A stretch of 49,792 nt of DNA from Cyanophyceae cyanobacterium. Its GTDB lineage: Bacteria; Cyanobacteriota; Cyanobacteriia; Cyanobacteriales; JBHJGN01. The position numbers and the translations under genes are program-made. The notes under the pieces were generated by a model. That model saw only the letters and a list, made by a program, of their open reading frames with translations. It was not told where the DNA came from and did not search any database. Where the stretch lies: NCBI GenBank assembly GCA_050331735.1, contig JBHJGN010000003.1, forward strand, positions 1 through 49,792, in the 5' to 3' direction. This document shows positions 10,106 to 20,183 of the stretch, piece by piece (positions within the stretch are counted from its first letter, which is position 1; each line of letters opens with the position of its first letter).

Positions 10106-11572
10106 ATGAATTTCGCATTAAAAAGGAAAAAAGTACCATCACAACATCCACGCTCTAGGCAGCGATCGCCTGTGGCGTTCCTCCAACCCATCCAAGTCGT
10201 ATTTGGTTCTGCTCCTTACTGGCTGGCCTGTATCCCTCTGTCCGCCCTAATTGTCATTATTTGGAACACGGCGGCTAAGGCTCAGGGATTTGAGGCTCCA
10301 GCTAACGTAGACGAATTGAGAGTTGTCTTAGACTCAATTTTCCTGCTGTTCTGCTCCGTTTTGGTAATCTTCATGAATGCCGGATTCGGAATGCTAGAAG
10401 CGGGTTTTTGTCGCCAGAAAAATGCCGTTAATATTCTGGCTAAAAATCTGATCGTTTTCGGAATTGCCACCCTCGCCTACTGGGCGGTGGGCTATGCTCT
10501 AATGTACGGTGAAGGCAGCCCGTTTATTGGCACCCAGGGTTTTTTCTTTAGCGGCGATCCGGCCCCCTATGGTAACGATCCTTACCCAGCAGCGGTTCCC
10601 GAAGCAATCTCGTTCCTGTTCCAGGTCGCATTTGCGGCGACGGCGGCCACCATCGTTTCCGGTGCAGTAGCAGAACGAATTCATTTTGGAGCCTTTTTGG
10701 TTTTCAGCACTCTGCTAGTGGCTATTTCCTATCCCATTACCGGTCACTGGGTTTGGGATGGTGGTTGGTTAAGCGAAATGGGCTTCTCCGACTTTGCTGG
10801 CTCTACTGTCGTTCATTCTGTCGGTGGCTGGGCGGCTTTAGTCGGTGCCGCTATCTTGGGACCGAGACTCGGTAAATACCAAGATGGCAGAACGAATGCC
10901 ATTCCCGGGCACAACATGGGGTTTGCGACTCTCGGTTGCTTGATTCTCTGGATCGGCTGGTTTGGATTCAATCCAGGGTCGGAACTAGCCGCAACAGCAA
11001 ATGTGCCCTATATCGCCGTAACGACTAACCTAGCGGCAGCAGCCGGGGGAACAACGGCCACCTTTACCTCTTGGTTAAAGGATGGTAAGCCTGACCTATC
11101 AATGATTATCAACGGTATTTTAGCCGGATTAGTAGGAATTACGGCTGGATGTGCCGACGTTAGCTATTTATCTGCCGTAATTATCGGGGCGATCGCCGGC
11201 ATTATCGTCGTTTTCTCCGTCGCTTTCTTCGACTCGATCAAAATCGACGATCCCGTTGGGGCCACTTCAGTCCACTTAGTTTGTGGTATTTGGGGAACGC
11301 TAGCCGTTGGTATCTTTGGCACGGGCAACATTATTACTCAACTGATTGGAATCTTATCTATTGGCGCTTTCACCGTAATCTTTAGCGCCATCGTTTGGGG
11401 AATCCTGAAGGTCACATTAGGCATGCGCGTTGATTCCGAAGATGAATTCATCGGTTTAGACATCAGCGAACACGGCATGGAAGCCTATAATGGATTTGTC
11501 AGAGAAGCAGAAGCATTGGCTTACAGTGACTCCGGTGCGGCGATCGATGCAGAAATCGGTCAAACAAGGTAG
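10106..11572 (+). CDS. amt: Ammonium transporter (Amt family, cyanobacterial Amt1-like)
   Basis: [38 protein letters not shown] and [11 protein letters not shown] motifs. Confidence 0.97.
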   Translation: MNFALKRKKVPSQHPRSRQRSPVAFLQPIQVVFGSAPYWLACIPLSALIVIIWNTAAKAQGFEAPANVDELRVVLDSIFLLFCSVLVIFMNAGFGMLEAGFCRQKNAVNILAKNLIVFGIATLAYWAVGYALMYGEGSPFIGTQGFFFSGDPAPYGNDPYPAAVPEAISFLFQVAFAATAATIVSGAVAERIHFGAFLVFSTLLVAISYPITGHWVWDGGWLSEMGFSDFAGSTVVHSVGGWAALVGAAILGPRLGKYQDGRTNAIPGHNMGFATLGCLILWIGWFGFNPGSELAATANVPYIAVTTNLAAAAGGTTATFTSWLKDGKPDLSMIINGILAGLVGITAGCADVSYLSAVIIGAIAGIIVVFSVAFFDSIKIDDPVGATSVHLVCGIWGTLAVGIFGTGNIITQLIGILSIGAFTVIFSAIVWGILKVTLGMRVDSEDEFIGLDISEHGMEAYNGFVREAEALAYSDSGAAIDAEIGQTR

Positions 11573-11817
11573 CGCCGCCGGCGCAATGTCGCGAAGCGAC
11601 GGGGAAAGGGAAATCAGTCGCTCCGCGACGAGTAATCATACCAATTAGAAAAAGTAATAGGAGACTTGATAAGTTGGGGAAAAGGGGAAAGGGAAGCACA
11701 GCAGCTCTTTGCCCTTGAACCTCCAATTTCGGTAAATGGTATAAGACAGCGGTCTGAGATTAAATACTATTTAATTCCTCCCCTTCCCCTATTCCCTTTT
11801 CCCCGCGCTCACGGCGC
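11572..11817 (+). repeat. Modular element, copy B (core interrupted by nested MITE)
   Basis: Starts at the G of the amt TAG with GCGCC-gcc-GGCGC; two GTCGC/GCGAC hairpins; ends GCGCT-cac-GGCGC 3 nt from the guaB3 stop. Confidence 0.85.
11636..11744. mobile_element. Nested MITE-like insert (about 109 bp)
   Basis: Imperfect TIRs TCATACCAATT / AAATGGTATAA; removing it roughly restores a core resembling that of copy D. Confidence 0.6.
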
Positions 11818-11820
11818 TTT

Positions 11821-12984
11821 CTATTTACCCATCCCAAGCTGTTGAGCTTTTTGGTATACTTTTCCTTCGGTGAGTAAAGCTGGTGCGATCGCTACCTCCA
11901 CCTGCTGCATCTCTCTCAGGTTCTTTGCTCCTAGAGTGCCCATACTATTTCTGAGCGCTCCTAGCAGATTGTGAGTGCCGTCATCGAGCTTAGCCGGACC
12001 CACCAAAATCTCTTCGATGGTTCCTGTCGTTCCTACGTTAATGCGCGTTCCGCGCGGAAGAACCGGACTCGGCGTTGCCATTCCCCAATGGTAGTCTCCT
12101 CCAGGCGCTTCGGCGGCTCGCGCAATCGGAGAACCAATCATCACCGCATCCGCACCGCAGGCAATACACTTACAGATATCGCCGCCCGTAACAATGCCGC
12201 CGTCAGCAATCACCGGAACGTATCTGCCTGTCTCCTGTAAATAATCTTCCCGCGCTGCGGCACAGTCGGCGACAGCGGTGGCCTGAGGAACGCCGATTCC
12301 TAAGACTCCGCGAGACGTACAGGCGGCCCCCGGCCCAATGCCGACCAAGACGGCTGCGGCTCCCGCCTTCATCAGATTCAAGGCCACTTCGTAGGTAACG
12401 CAGTTACCCAGCACCACAGGCAGGGGCATACTCTGGCAGAACTGAGCTAAATCTAAAGGCGTTACCGACTGCGGAGACAGGTGCGCCGTCGAGACAACAG
12501 TGGCCTGAATGAACAGAATATCGGCTTGAGCAGTAGCGACAGCTTCTCCATACTTGACGGCTCCTGCTGGGGTGAGGCTGACCGCAGCCAGTCCTCCTTG
12601 CTCTTTAATCTCGCTAATGCGCTGTTGAATCAGTTCGAGCTTAACTGGCTCCGTATATAGCTCCTGCATGAGCTGCACAAACTCGTTTTTCCCTACAGAG
12701 GCAATCCGTGCCAACACTGGCTCTGGATCGGGATAACGAGTTTGAAGGCCTTCTAAATTAAGAACTCCCATCGCTCCCAAATCCGAGAGCAGCACTGCCA
12801 TCCGCACATCAACAACGCCATCCATGGCGCTAGCGATCATCGGAATTTCCCGTTCAATCCCGCCGATGTGCCAGCGCGTCTCTGCCAAACTTGGATCTAA
12901 AGTACGCACTCCGGGGACGAGTGCAATTTCATCGATTCCATAGGCTCGGCGAGCCGCTTTTCCCCGACCAATTACAATATCCAC
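11821..12984 (-). CDS. guaB3: GuaB3-family IMP dehydrogenase-related protein
   Basis: [30 protein letters not shown] and IADGGI motifs; no CBS domains. Confidence 0.93.
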   Translation of the reverse strand: MDIVIGRGKAARRAYGIDEIALVPGVRTLDPSLAETRWHIGGIEREIPMIASAMDGVVDVRMAVLLSDLGAMGVLNLEGLQTRYPDPEPVLARIASVGKNEFVQLMQELYTEPVKLELIQQRISEIKEQGGLAAVSLTPAGAVKYGEAVATAQADILFIQATVVSTAHLSPQSVTPLDLAQFCQSMPLPVVLGNCVTYEVALNLMKAGAAAVLVGIGPGAACTSRGVLGIGVPQATAVADCAAAREDYLQETGRYVPVIADGGIVTGGDICKCIACGADAVMIGSPIARAAEAPGGDYHWGMATPSPVLPRGTRINVGTTGTIEEILVGPAKLDDGTHNLLGALRNSMGTLGAKNLREMQQVEVAIAPALLTEGKVYQKAQQLGMGK

Positions 12985-13042
12985 GACTTCTCCGTTCCCA
13001 AAGCTATTAGCTTAGGCTATCAAATTTATGAGCAATTCGTCA

Positions 13043-13142
13043 CGCTCAGCGGAAAAGGCAGTGCCTGCGGCACGGGAAAAGGGTAAGGGGGAAAGGGGAA
13101 CCATAGAGAATATTCCTCCCCTTTCCCCGTCCCGAAGAGACT
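13043..13142. repeat. Modular element, copy C (short core)
   Basis: GTGCC-tgc-GGCAC hairpin, GGGGAAA-type run, CCCCTTTCCCC run, GTCCC-gaa-GAGAC hairpin. Confidence 0.8.
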
Positions 13143-13148
13143 ATTAAT

Positions 13149-14924
13149 TTACGCTGGATAGATTCGCAGCCTGCGATTGGGTTCTTCGCCAAAGCTGTCG
13201 GACTGAAGACGATAATGTTCTACCAGTTCGTGCTGCATCTTACGAACTTTGGCAGAGCGAGGCAGCAGTTCAACTGGCTGACCTTTAGGAATGACAATTT
13301 GCTCGACGGCGAGTCTGGCTTCTTCAAGAGCCTCCATTTCATCGTCGCTTCCGCTTCTGGTAAAGAGGCGTAAATCTGTCGTTTCCGGGTTCTGTCCGTC
13401 ATCGATGTTCAAGATCCGCTGGAGGGCACGAGTAATTTGCGGCATCGTGCTGGCCTTGACAGCGTGAATGGGAAGCTGGCGCATTTTGGCCATCTGCCGC
13501 AGCTTGGCGTGGTTTTTGATGTGCGATCGCAGCGCTAAGACTGCATCGGCGCTGTCTAAATCTTTGGTAATGACAATCGGCAGATTCAGGACTTTAATGA
13601 CTTGCTCTAGCTGAGAGCGACCTACGCCATAGGGATAGAGATACACGGGCCAATCCTCGCCATTCGGTCCTGGCGTACGCACTTTCTCGCCCGTCTCCTG
13701 CTGCCAAGAGCGGTCTAGTAACCGGTCGAAATCGCTGTTAGCTCCTAAGCGGGAACTCAGCGGTGACACCGGACTCATTCGCCCCGTAGCCCGCCAACCG
13801 GTTGGCTTTTCTGTCACTGGAGTAGTCACCACGACAGCAGGCGAACGCTGCTCTTCGGTAATTGAGACTTCACCCTCCTCGTTAATGGTTCTCACCTGCG
13901 TTGCTGGCTCTCGTCCCCGCAGCAAATCGTCTACTGTCTGAGCCACGTCTTCATGCACGACCCACCGCTGCCTCTCCAGCATCTCTACGGCAATTTCAAA
14001 CGTTGGTGGCGCTTTTCGCTCTAGGACGGTTTTTTGCGAACCCCGCCGTCGGGCTTCTTCATCGCCTAGGGTGACGGCCTGAATGCCCCCGACTAAGTCT
14101 GAGAGCGTCGGGTTTTTAATCAGGTTGGCAATCTGATTCCCGTGGGCCGTACCCACAAGCTGGACGCCTCGTTCGGCAATAGTGCGGGCGGCAAGAGCTT
14201 CGAGTTCGGTGCCAATTTCGTCGATCACAATGACTTCTGGCATGTGGTTTTCCACCGCCTCGATCATGACCTGGTGCTGGAGTTCGGGACGAGCGACCTG
14301 CATACGGCGAGCGCGTCCAATTGCGGGGTGAGGAATATCGCCATCTCCTGCTACTTCATTGGAGGTATCAATGATCACAACGCGCTTGTTAAAGTCGTCG
14401 GCGAGCACTCGGGCGATTTCTCTTAGGGCCGTCGTTTTGCCAACGCCGGGACGTCCCAGTAACAGAATTGATTTTCCGGTTTCTACTAGGTCGCTAATCA
14501 TGCCGATGGTGCCGAAAATAGCGCGACCGAGGCGGCAGGTCAGACCAATAATTTTGCCGGTGCGATTGCGAATGGCGCTAATGCGGTGTAGCGTTCGCTC
14601 AATCCCGGCACGATTGTCGCCGCTGAAGTTCCCAACTCTATCGATCGAATACTGTAAGTCTTCTTGAGTGACTGGGGTATCTCCCAGATCGACAGCATCA
14701 TTGGGAAAGCGAGCCTCGGGAATGCGGCCCAAATCCAAAACTACCTCAATCAGGCGATCGCGTTGGGGCTGCTGTTCAATTTCAGCGCGAATTCTGGCGG
14801 GTAAAATTTCTAGCAACTGATCTAAGTTGTCTGTGATCTGCTCGCGGTGGGCGGAGATTTTTTCTGACATTAATGGCGCTTCTGAAGACAAAACTTGAGA
14901 GAAGTTGTTGTTCTGACTTACCAT
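13149..14924 (-). CDS. Ycf45/SpoIIIAA-like AAA ATPase with C-terminal R3H domain
   Basis: GRPGVGKT, DTSNEVAGDG, VIVIDEIG, TAHG and RKMQH (R3H) motifs. Confidence 0.92.
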   Translation of the reverse strand: MVSQNNNFSQVLSSEAPLMSEKISAHREQITDNLDQLLEILPARIRAEIEQQPQRDRLIEVVLDLGRIPEARFPNDAVDLGDTPVTQEDLQYSIDRVGNFSGDNRAGIERTLHRISAIRNRTGKIIGLTCRLGRAIFGTIGMISDLVETGKSILLLGRPGVGKTTALREIARVLADDFNKRVVIIDTSNEVAGDGDIPHPAIGRARRMQVARPELQHQVMIEAVENHMPEVIVIDEIGTELEALAARTIAERGVQLVGTAHGNQIANLIKNPTLSDLVGGIQAVTLGDEEARRRGSQKTVLERKAPPTFEIAVEMLERQRWVVHEDVAQTVDDLLRGREPATQVRTINEEGEVSITEEQRSPAVVVTTPVTEKPTGWRATGRMSPVSPLSSRLGANSDFDRLLDRSWQQETGEKVRTPGPNGEDWPVYLYPYGVGRSQLEQVIKVLNLPIVITKDLDSADAVLALRSHIKNHAKLRQMAKMRQLPIHAVKASTMPQITRALQRILNIDDGQNPETTDLRLFTRSGSDDEMEALEEARLAVEQIVIPKGQPVELLPRSAKVRKMQHELVEHYRLQSDSFGEEPNRRLRIYPA

Positions 14925-14955
14925 ACCAACTTGAGTTTATCAATAAATTAAAAGA

Positions 14956-16050
14956 TTAAAGTCGAGATCTAGGCGTTTTCAACGGGCTAACCAGAGAAGC
15001 TGCCCGCTCGACCGCTTCCCACAGCAGATGGGAGCAATTTTCTAACTGATTTGATCGAGCAACCTTGTTGAAATTTAAATAACTATCTGTATCAAGCTGC
15101 TTAATTATTGGCGCTAGTAAAGAGCGGGCATAGCTGCCGTAAGCAATACCGGAAATGCCAGGTGACTGGGAGTTGCGCTTAAGCAGTCCGAGTTCTCGCA
15201 GTTTAGTCACGGTGTGTGCATTGGTGCCGCCAGCAAGCTGAACGTAGCCCGGTAAACGAGCCTGCAAGACTTTTTGGGCAAGACGGACGGTAGCGCGGGT
15301 TGTGCCTGTGCCCAAATCGCCGCTCATTGGACGACCATCTGTTTGCCACACCAACGGACAAGGCAGGGGACTCATGGTGTCGTGAACAAACCGCAGGTAG
15401 TCAATTAAATCAGGACCATCGGGACAGCTAATGGCTAGGAGCTTGAGCTGATGACTGACAGGAGCAATGGTTGACCACAGGCTTCTGAAGTGCTCCTGGT
15501 GACCCACTTGAGTGTGAATTTCGAGCGCATCCACATTCATCTGCTCTATGAGACGTAATGGCGTCAGCGAGGTCACGGTGGAGCGAGTGGCAATTAGCTG
15601 ACTCGGGCAAATCGGTAAACAGCGACCGCAACCATAGCAGCGTTGTTCGATCACGCCCTGATAGTGACTAAAGGCGATCGCCTCTGCCGGACAAATGGCT
15701 TCGCATGGCCGCGCACAGTTCGACGGACACTGAGCACTATCAAATTCGGCCTTGCGAAAGTGAGGATCTTCGCCATCGTTGAGGCTGACCATCAAAAACG
15801 GGGAACCCCGACGTTGAAAACCTCTCCGAGCAGCGGCAGCAGACAATTCCTGCGTCACGGTGATCGCTTCTTGGGCCGCAACGATCACGGCTGCATCAGC
15901 AGACACATCAATACAGTCGGCCCCAGCCAGAGTATAGGCAATGACGAGGCTACGTACAGCGGGAAGAGCTTGAAAGCTGGCTCCACAGATTAACTTGAAC
16001 CAGTGACCCTTGTCGAGAGAATGTAAAGGATAGTACAGCAGATTACTCAC
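14956..16050 (-). CDS. ldpA: Circadian input Fe-S protein LdpA
   Basis: WFKLICGASF, DGEDPHFRKA, two 4Fe-4S Cys motifs, WQTDGRPMSGD and QLAGGTN. Confidence 0.93.
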   Translation of the reverse strand: MSNLLYYPLHSLDKGHWFKLICGASFQALPAVRSLVIAYTLAGADCIDVSADAAVIVAAQEAITVTQELSAAAARRGFQRRGSPFLMVSLNDGEDPHFRKAEFDSAQCPSNCARPCEAICPAEAIAFSHYQGVIEQRCYGCGRCLPICPSQLIATRSTVTSLTPLRLIEQMNVDALEIHTQVGHQEHFRSLWSTIAPVSHQLKLLAISCPDGPDLIDYLRFVHDTMSPLPCPLVWQTDGRPMSGDLGTGTTRATVRLAQKVLQARLPGYVQLAGGTNAHTVTKLRELGLLKRNSQSPGISGIAYGSYARSLLAPIIKQLDTDSYLNFNKVARSNQLENCSHLLWEAVERAASLVSPLKTPRSRL

Positions 16051-16114
16051 CTTTACATGCTAAATCTTTATTTGCAAAGTGTGAAGAAAAATTATGAAGC
16101 CAATAATTCAGCGC

Positions 16115-16165
16115 TCAGTAACCAGTTACCACGCTGACTGAGTTGAATGGTTCACTGGTCACTGA
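16115..16165. repeat. Short inverted repeat of the ACCAGT heptamer family
   Basis: TCAGTAACCAGT / ACTGGTCACTGA (11 of 12 paired), downstream of the vWA gene. Confidence 0.6.
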
Positions 16166-16173
16166 TGATTGCT

Positions 16174-16791
16174 TCAGTCGGTAATCGCGTTAAGAAGTAC
16201 CTGCGCTAAACTCATCCCGGCCATATCGTCGATGGTAATGGTATCAACGATATCAAACTTAGCTCCGGCACTCTGAAGCTGGTCGTCTAGCGCCTTGAGA
16301 AACTCGGTCGCTTTGCGATCTTTGCCAACCTGAATCAGCGAAATGGCTAATTCTTCCTCTCTATCGATTTGACGAGAGGCTTCGATAATTTGCCGCATCA
16401 CTGCTTTGCGGTCATCGGGTTCGCCGTCAGTAATCACCAAAATCGTTTCTCCATTTGGTTTAGTTTGTCCGGCGGCTTTACGCTGAAAGTAATTGTCTAA
16501 AGCATCTTGAAGAACACTCGCCAAGTCGGTGCGGCCCATCGGATCGTTTTCTTGATAGATCTGGCTGACTTTATCGGCTGTGACGTTGTCGTATCGCCGA
16601 AATCGACCAGAAAAAAGATAAACCGTGATACCGTCGACATCGATTTCTTCACATTTCTTGGCCAACGCCAAAGTAGATTCTTGGGCGGCGGTCCAGCGGG
16701 GTTTTCCTCCCGGCTGGTCGGCAGTAGACATGCTGCCGCTTTTATCAATAATAAGAGTGTAATCGCGGTCTCGGACAGTAGAATTTTCCAT
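16174..16791 (-). CDS. vWA domain protein
   Basis: MIDAS motif IIDKSGSM, T, VITDGEP; ATG at 16791 preferred over TTG at 16800. Confidence 0.9.
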   Translation of the reverse strand: MENSTVRDRDYTLIIDKSGSMSTADQPGGKPRWTAAQESTLALAKKCEEIDVDGITVYLFSGRFRRYDNVTADKVSQIYQENDPMGRTDLASVLQDALDNYFQRKAAGQTKPNGETILVITDGEPDDRKAVMRQIIEASRQIDREEELAISLIQVGKDRKATEFLKALDDQLQSAGAKFDIVDTITIDDMAGMSLAQVLLNAITD

Positions 16792-17039
16792 GCTCAGCAA
16801 CCTTGTTAGCTACGGTCGATCAAGAGGTTTTCACCAAGTCTCATACCAATCCTAAACCCAAGGGAAATAGAGAGGGAACAGCAATTGGCAATCGCGAAAA
16901 CCATTTTTCTTTCCCCATCTTGTCATTCACCGTTACAAATTTCGTTAATTCATATTACAACTCTTTCAAAAATCTTCAAAAATTGTCTACAACCAAATCA
17001 TAGACGTACAAACAGGAGCAGAGTTCGCACGGAAGAGTT

Positions 17040-17357
17040 ATGGATAAAGAACTGCAAAAGTATCGCATGATCTGCACGTTGACCTTTGGAGATATTTACG
17101 GTCAGATCATTGTCTGGTTAATCGTGATTTTTATCAGTCTGGCTTCTACTTTGGCTCTCTGGAGCAGCACCCGACAAATATATGCCCTAGCGACGGTAGG
17201 AATTATTTTGGTTTTGTCCTTACCCTTCTTACTCTTCGCTTTCGTCACGACCCTACTCAATCACATCGAGTTTAGTCCGGTAGAACCAGAAGCCGCCCCT
17301 CGCAGACCCCCGGCTAATCAGACAAAGCAACCTCAAGCTCCGGCCCCAGCAAGCTAG
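17040..17357 (+). CDS. Small two-TM hypothetical membrane protein
   Basis: Clean ATG ORF, two hydrophobic helices, Pro-rich tail. Confidence 0.8.
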   Translation: MDKELQKYRMICTLTFGDIYGQIIVWLIVIFISLASTLALWSSTRQIYALATVGIILVLSLPFLLFAFVTTLLNHIEFSPVEPEAAPRRPPANQTKQPQAPAPAS

Positions 17358-17389
17358 AGAAGAATAAGGATTGGTGGCTCCCCCCTCCT

Positions 17390-18178
17390 CTATGCTCCCA
17401 TTGCTGAGTACTGCCGCAGTCCTCTGCGCCAGAGCCAGCGGTTGAGTGCTACAAACAGCGCTGTCCATCCCAACATTACGAGTAATCCGCGAGCGCTTTC
17501 TACTGGTAACCCAATGAGCAGCGCTGCCGGAAAATGCATCATGTAGGGAAACGGAGTCCACAATACAACGGTGCGGGCCATAGGAGGAAATACCTCCAGG
17601 GGGGCAATGGTTCCGGAAAGAAAGATGTAGAGGAGGAACCAAAATTGCTGAATGGCGCTGGCCCGTTCCGTCCAAAAAGCAAACATGGCAAAAGTGTACT
17701 GAATGGCAAACCGTAGCATAAACGCCAGCACAATAGCCACAAAGCACAGCAACAGCCGTGATAAGCTCGGTATCCACACGGCCTGAGGATAAAGCCAAAA
17801 GAAGAGAGCAATCAAGACAACCAAAAAAGGCAGGCGGGTCAGTTTTTCAGAGAGATGCCTCGCCACATGGTGCCAAACCGGGTCGAGAGGCTGAAGCAGC
17901 CGAAATGACAGTTTTCCTTCGACGACCTCTCGCTCAAACTCCCAGATCACCCAAATCGTCGTGAATTGGCGGATCAGGAAAACGCTGAAGAAGTAGCGCG
18001 CAAAATCTGTGGGTTCTAGGCCAAAGCTTCCCGTTTGCGCAGCTTCTATCCACACTCCCATTAGGATAATTGGCAGGGAACCGGCGAGCGCCCAAAGCAC
18101 GATTTCGGCTCGGTATTCGAGCATGTGGGCGTAGTGAGACGACAGTAACGTTGTCGCTCTTTTGATTAACCATCTCAT
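17390..18178 (-). CDS. ABC-2 type permease
   Basis: About 6 TM; REVVEGKLSFRLLQP and LSGTIAPL motifs; start overlaps the ATPase stop. Confidence 0.9.
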   Translation of the reverse strand: MRWLIKRATTLLSSHYAHMLEYRAEIVLWALAGSLPIILMGVWIEAAQTGSFGLEPTDFARYFFSVFLIRQFTTIWVIWEFEREVVEGKLSFRLLQPLDPVWHHVARHLSEKLTRLPFLVVLIALFFWLYPQAVWIPSLSRLLLCFVAIVLAFMLRFAIQYTFAMFAFWTERASAIQQFWFLLYIFLSGTIAPLEVFPPMARTVVLWTPFPYMMHFPAALLIGLPVESARGLLVMLGWTALFVALNRWLWRRGLRQYSAMGA

Positions 18179-19164
18179 GAGACGACTCCAGTAGCGAATA
18201 GGCGACCAATCACATCTTCAATCGGCGGATCGTTGATGCTGAGGTCAACCACGTCTAGCTGTGCTAAGATTTGGGCCACCGTCGTTGTTAGTTGCTCCCG
18301 CTGCACCAAAAAGCGGACTTCTAACCCCTGTACAGCTTCGATTTCGCCGTATTGAGCGAGAGCCGCTTCTGGATAAGAGTGAGCCAGCTCTACTCGCACT
18401 TCTCGGCAGGGAGCAAACCGTTCGAGCAGGTTTTCCAGACCACCATCGTACATCAGGTTGCCCTTGTGAATAATCATGACCCGCTCGCTCAAAGCGGTAA
18501 TATCTGCCATGTAGTGACTGGTCAGCACAATGGTTGCCCTATAGCGCTGATTATATTCTTTAATAAATTCTCGGACAGCCCCTTGAGCATTAACGTCTAG
18601 TCCGAGAGTCGGTTCGTCAAGGAATAACACCTGAGGGTGGTGCAGCAGGGCGGCTAAGAGTTCGGCTTTCATCCGTTCGCCCAAAGACAGTTTACGCACC
18701 GGTTGCGTGAGCTTTTCTTCTAGAGTCAGCATGCTCCTGAGCTCCTCTAGCCGTCGCTGAAAAACTTTTTCAGGAATTTTGTAAACAGCGGCATTAATGC
18801 GAAGTGAATCTAAGGCAGGCAAATCCCAGAGAAGCTGCTGCTTTTGACCCATCACCAGGCTCATCTTCTGCAAAAATTGGGGCTGGCGGCGGTAGGGAAT
18901 GTAGCCTGCCACCCGGACGTTGCCACTCGAGGGATGAATTAATCCCGTGAGCATTTTGAGAGTCGTGGTTTTGCCGGCCCCATTCGGACCGAGGAAACCG
19001 ACAATTTCTCCAGGCTCGATCGAGAAGGAAACATTCTGTACGGCTCGGATCTCGCGGTAGGTGCGGCGAAAAAAATGAGCGATCGTTCCTTTTAGTCCTG
19101 GTTTTTTAACAGCGACCGGGTAAGTTTTACTCAGATTTTCGACCAGAATCATCGACATGGGCAT
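18175..19164 (-). CDS. ABC transporter ATP-binding protein
   Basis: GPNGAGKT, LSLGE, FLDEPT and TSH motifs; start uncertain (19185/19164/19158). Confidence 0.93.
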   Translation of the reverse strand: MPMSMILVENLSKTYPVAVKKPGLKGTIAHFFRRTYREIRAVQNVSFSIEPGEIVGFLGPNGAGKTTTLKMLTGLIHPSSGNVRVAGYIPYRRQPQFLQKMSLVMGQKQQLLWDLPALDSLRINAAVYKIPEKVFQRRLEELRSMLTLEEKLTQPVRKLSLGERMKAELLAALLHHPQVLFLDEPTLGLDVNAQGAVREFIKEYNQRYRATIVLTSHYMADITALSERVMIIHKGNLMYDGGLENLLERFAPCREVRVELAHSYPEAALAQYGEIEAVQGLEVRFLVQREQLTTTVAQILAQLDVVDLSINDPPIEDVIGRLFATGVVS

Positions 19165-19279
19165 AGCGCAGGATCTGTACTTCATTATTGTCTGCGGCTT
19201 ATCCCCCTAGCGCTACTGCCCTTTGAGAGGCATTTTTCGTGACGAACCAGTGACCAACGAGTTTAGCCGTTAGTGCCGC

Positions 19280-20068
19280 TTAGGGTTTGGGGACGCGCTC
19301 GATTCTGGCGTAGCCGCTGAACAGCAGCTTTTTTCCTTGGGTTTCCAGGCGATTGAGGCGCATGACAACTCCATCGAGATTGAAGCGCTCGAGGTCAATC
19401 ATTTCATTGAGAATGTCTCCCAAAGCCGCTGTCAGCTTCTCAGATTGCTCCTGTAGCTCTTCTGGAACCGCCTCACGCTCGAACTGAATCTCCTTAAACA
19501 GAATCCGTCGTCGCTTCTCTACTGCCAAAGTGCAGCTCAAGCTGACGGGAACGTTTTCTTGAGGGAGCTTCGCTTTGGCAAATAGCTTGAGCCGGTTTTG
19601 GGGCAAAAGCTGAAGCTGGATATCGGTAAACGACACCGGTTCCCCGTCCGACAGCTCTAGCAGAGACGGTAAGGTGAGGTTTTCTAGACGCTTTCTCACT
19701 AATTCCGCTTTGAAAGCCTGATTAATATCCGTTTCTTCTAAAATCACTCTCGCGATCGCCTGAGTCGGCTGCTTGAGAGCAATTTCTCCTTTGAGTACCG
19801 AACCGAAGTCTAGCGACACGGCATCAGTTTCAAACGACATTTCCTCAGTCCGGAAGTCTCGCCGGATCACAAGTCCTCGACCACTCATCTTGAAGCTGTC
19901 GATACTTCCCTGCAGCAGCTTGCTAGAGGGATGGCAGCGAACGGTGACGTCAACAGACTCGCTACGAGTAAACAGGTGACGCAGTGTATTGCTGGCCACT
20001 TTGTTGAGGAGATTTTCTCCCCAATCTCCACCCTGATTACTATTGGAACCAATAAAGCCACCAAGCAT
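19280..20068 (-). CDS. DUF2993/LmeA-like protein
   Basis: KLLQGSIDSFKMSGRGL and ETDINQAF patterns typical of cyanobacterial DUF2993. Confidence 0.75.
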   Translation of the reverse strand: MLGGFIGSNSNQGGDWGENLLNKVASNTLRHLFTRSESVDVTVRCHPSSKLLQGSIDSFKMSGRGLVIRRDFRTEEMSFETDAVSLDFGSVLKGEIALKQPTQAIARVILEETDINQAFKAELVRKRLENLTLPSLLELSDGEPVSFTDIQLQLLPQNRLKLFAKAKLPQENVPVSLSCTLAVEKRRRILFKEIQFEREAVPEELQEQSEKLTAALGDILNEMIDLERFNLDGVVMRLNRLETQGKKLLFSGYARIERVPKP

Positions 20069-20183
20069 AAAGCTCTCCCTCGGCGATCGTTCTCTTTTCT
20101 TGTAACAAATTATTAAGACTTCGGCAATTTAGCAGGGAAGGAGATGAGTTTAAAAATTTCAATCGACTGATAAAAAATTCAAA

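Noticed and set aside
9814..10191. 125 aa minus-strand ORF between the channel gene and amt
   Set aside because: Antisense to the amt promoter and start; F/L-rich composition reflects A-rich promoter DNA.
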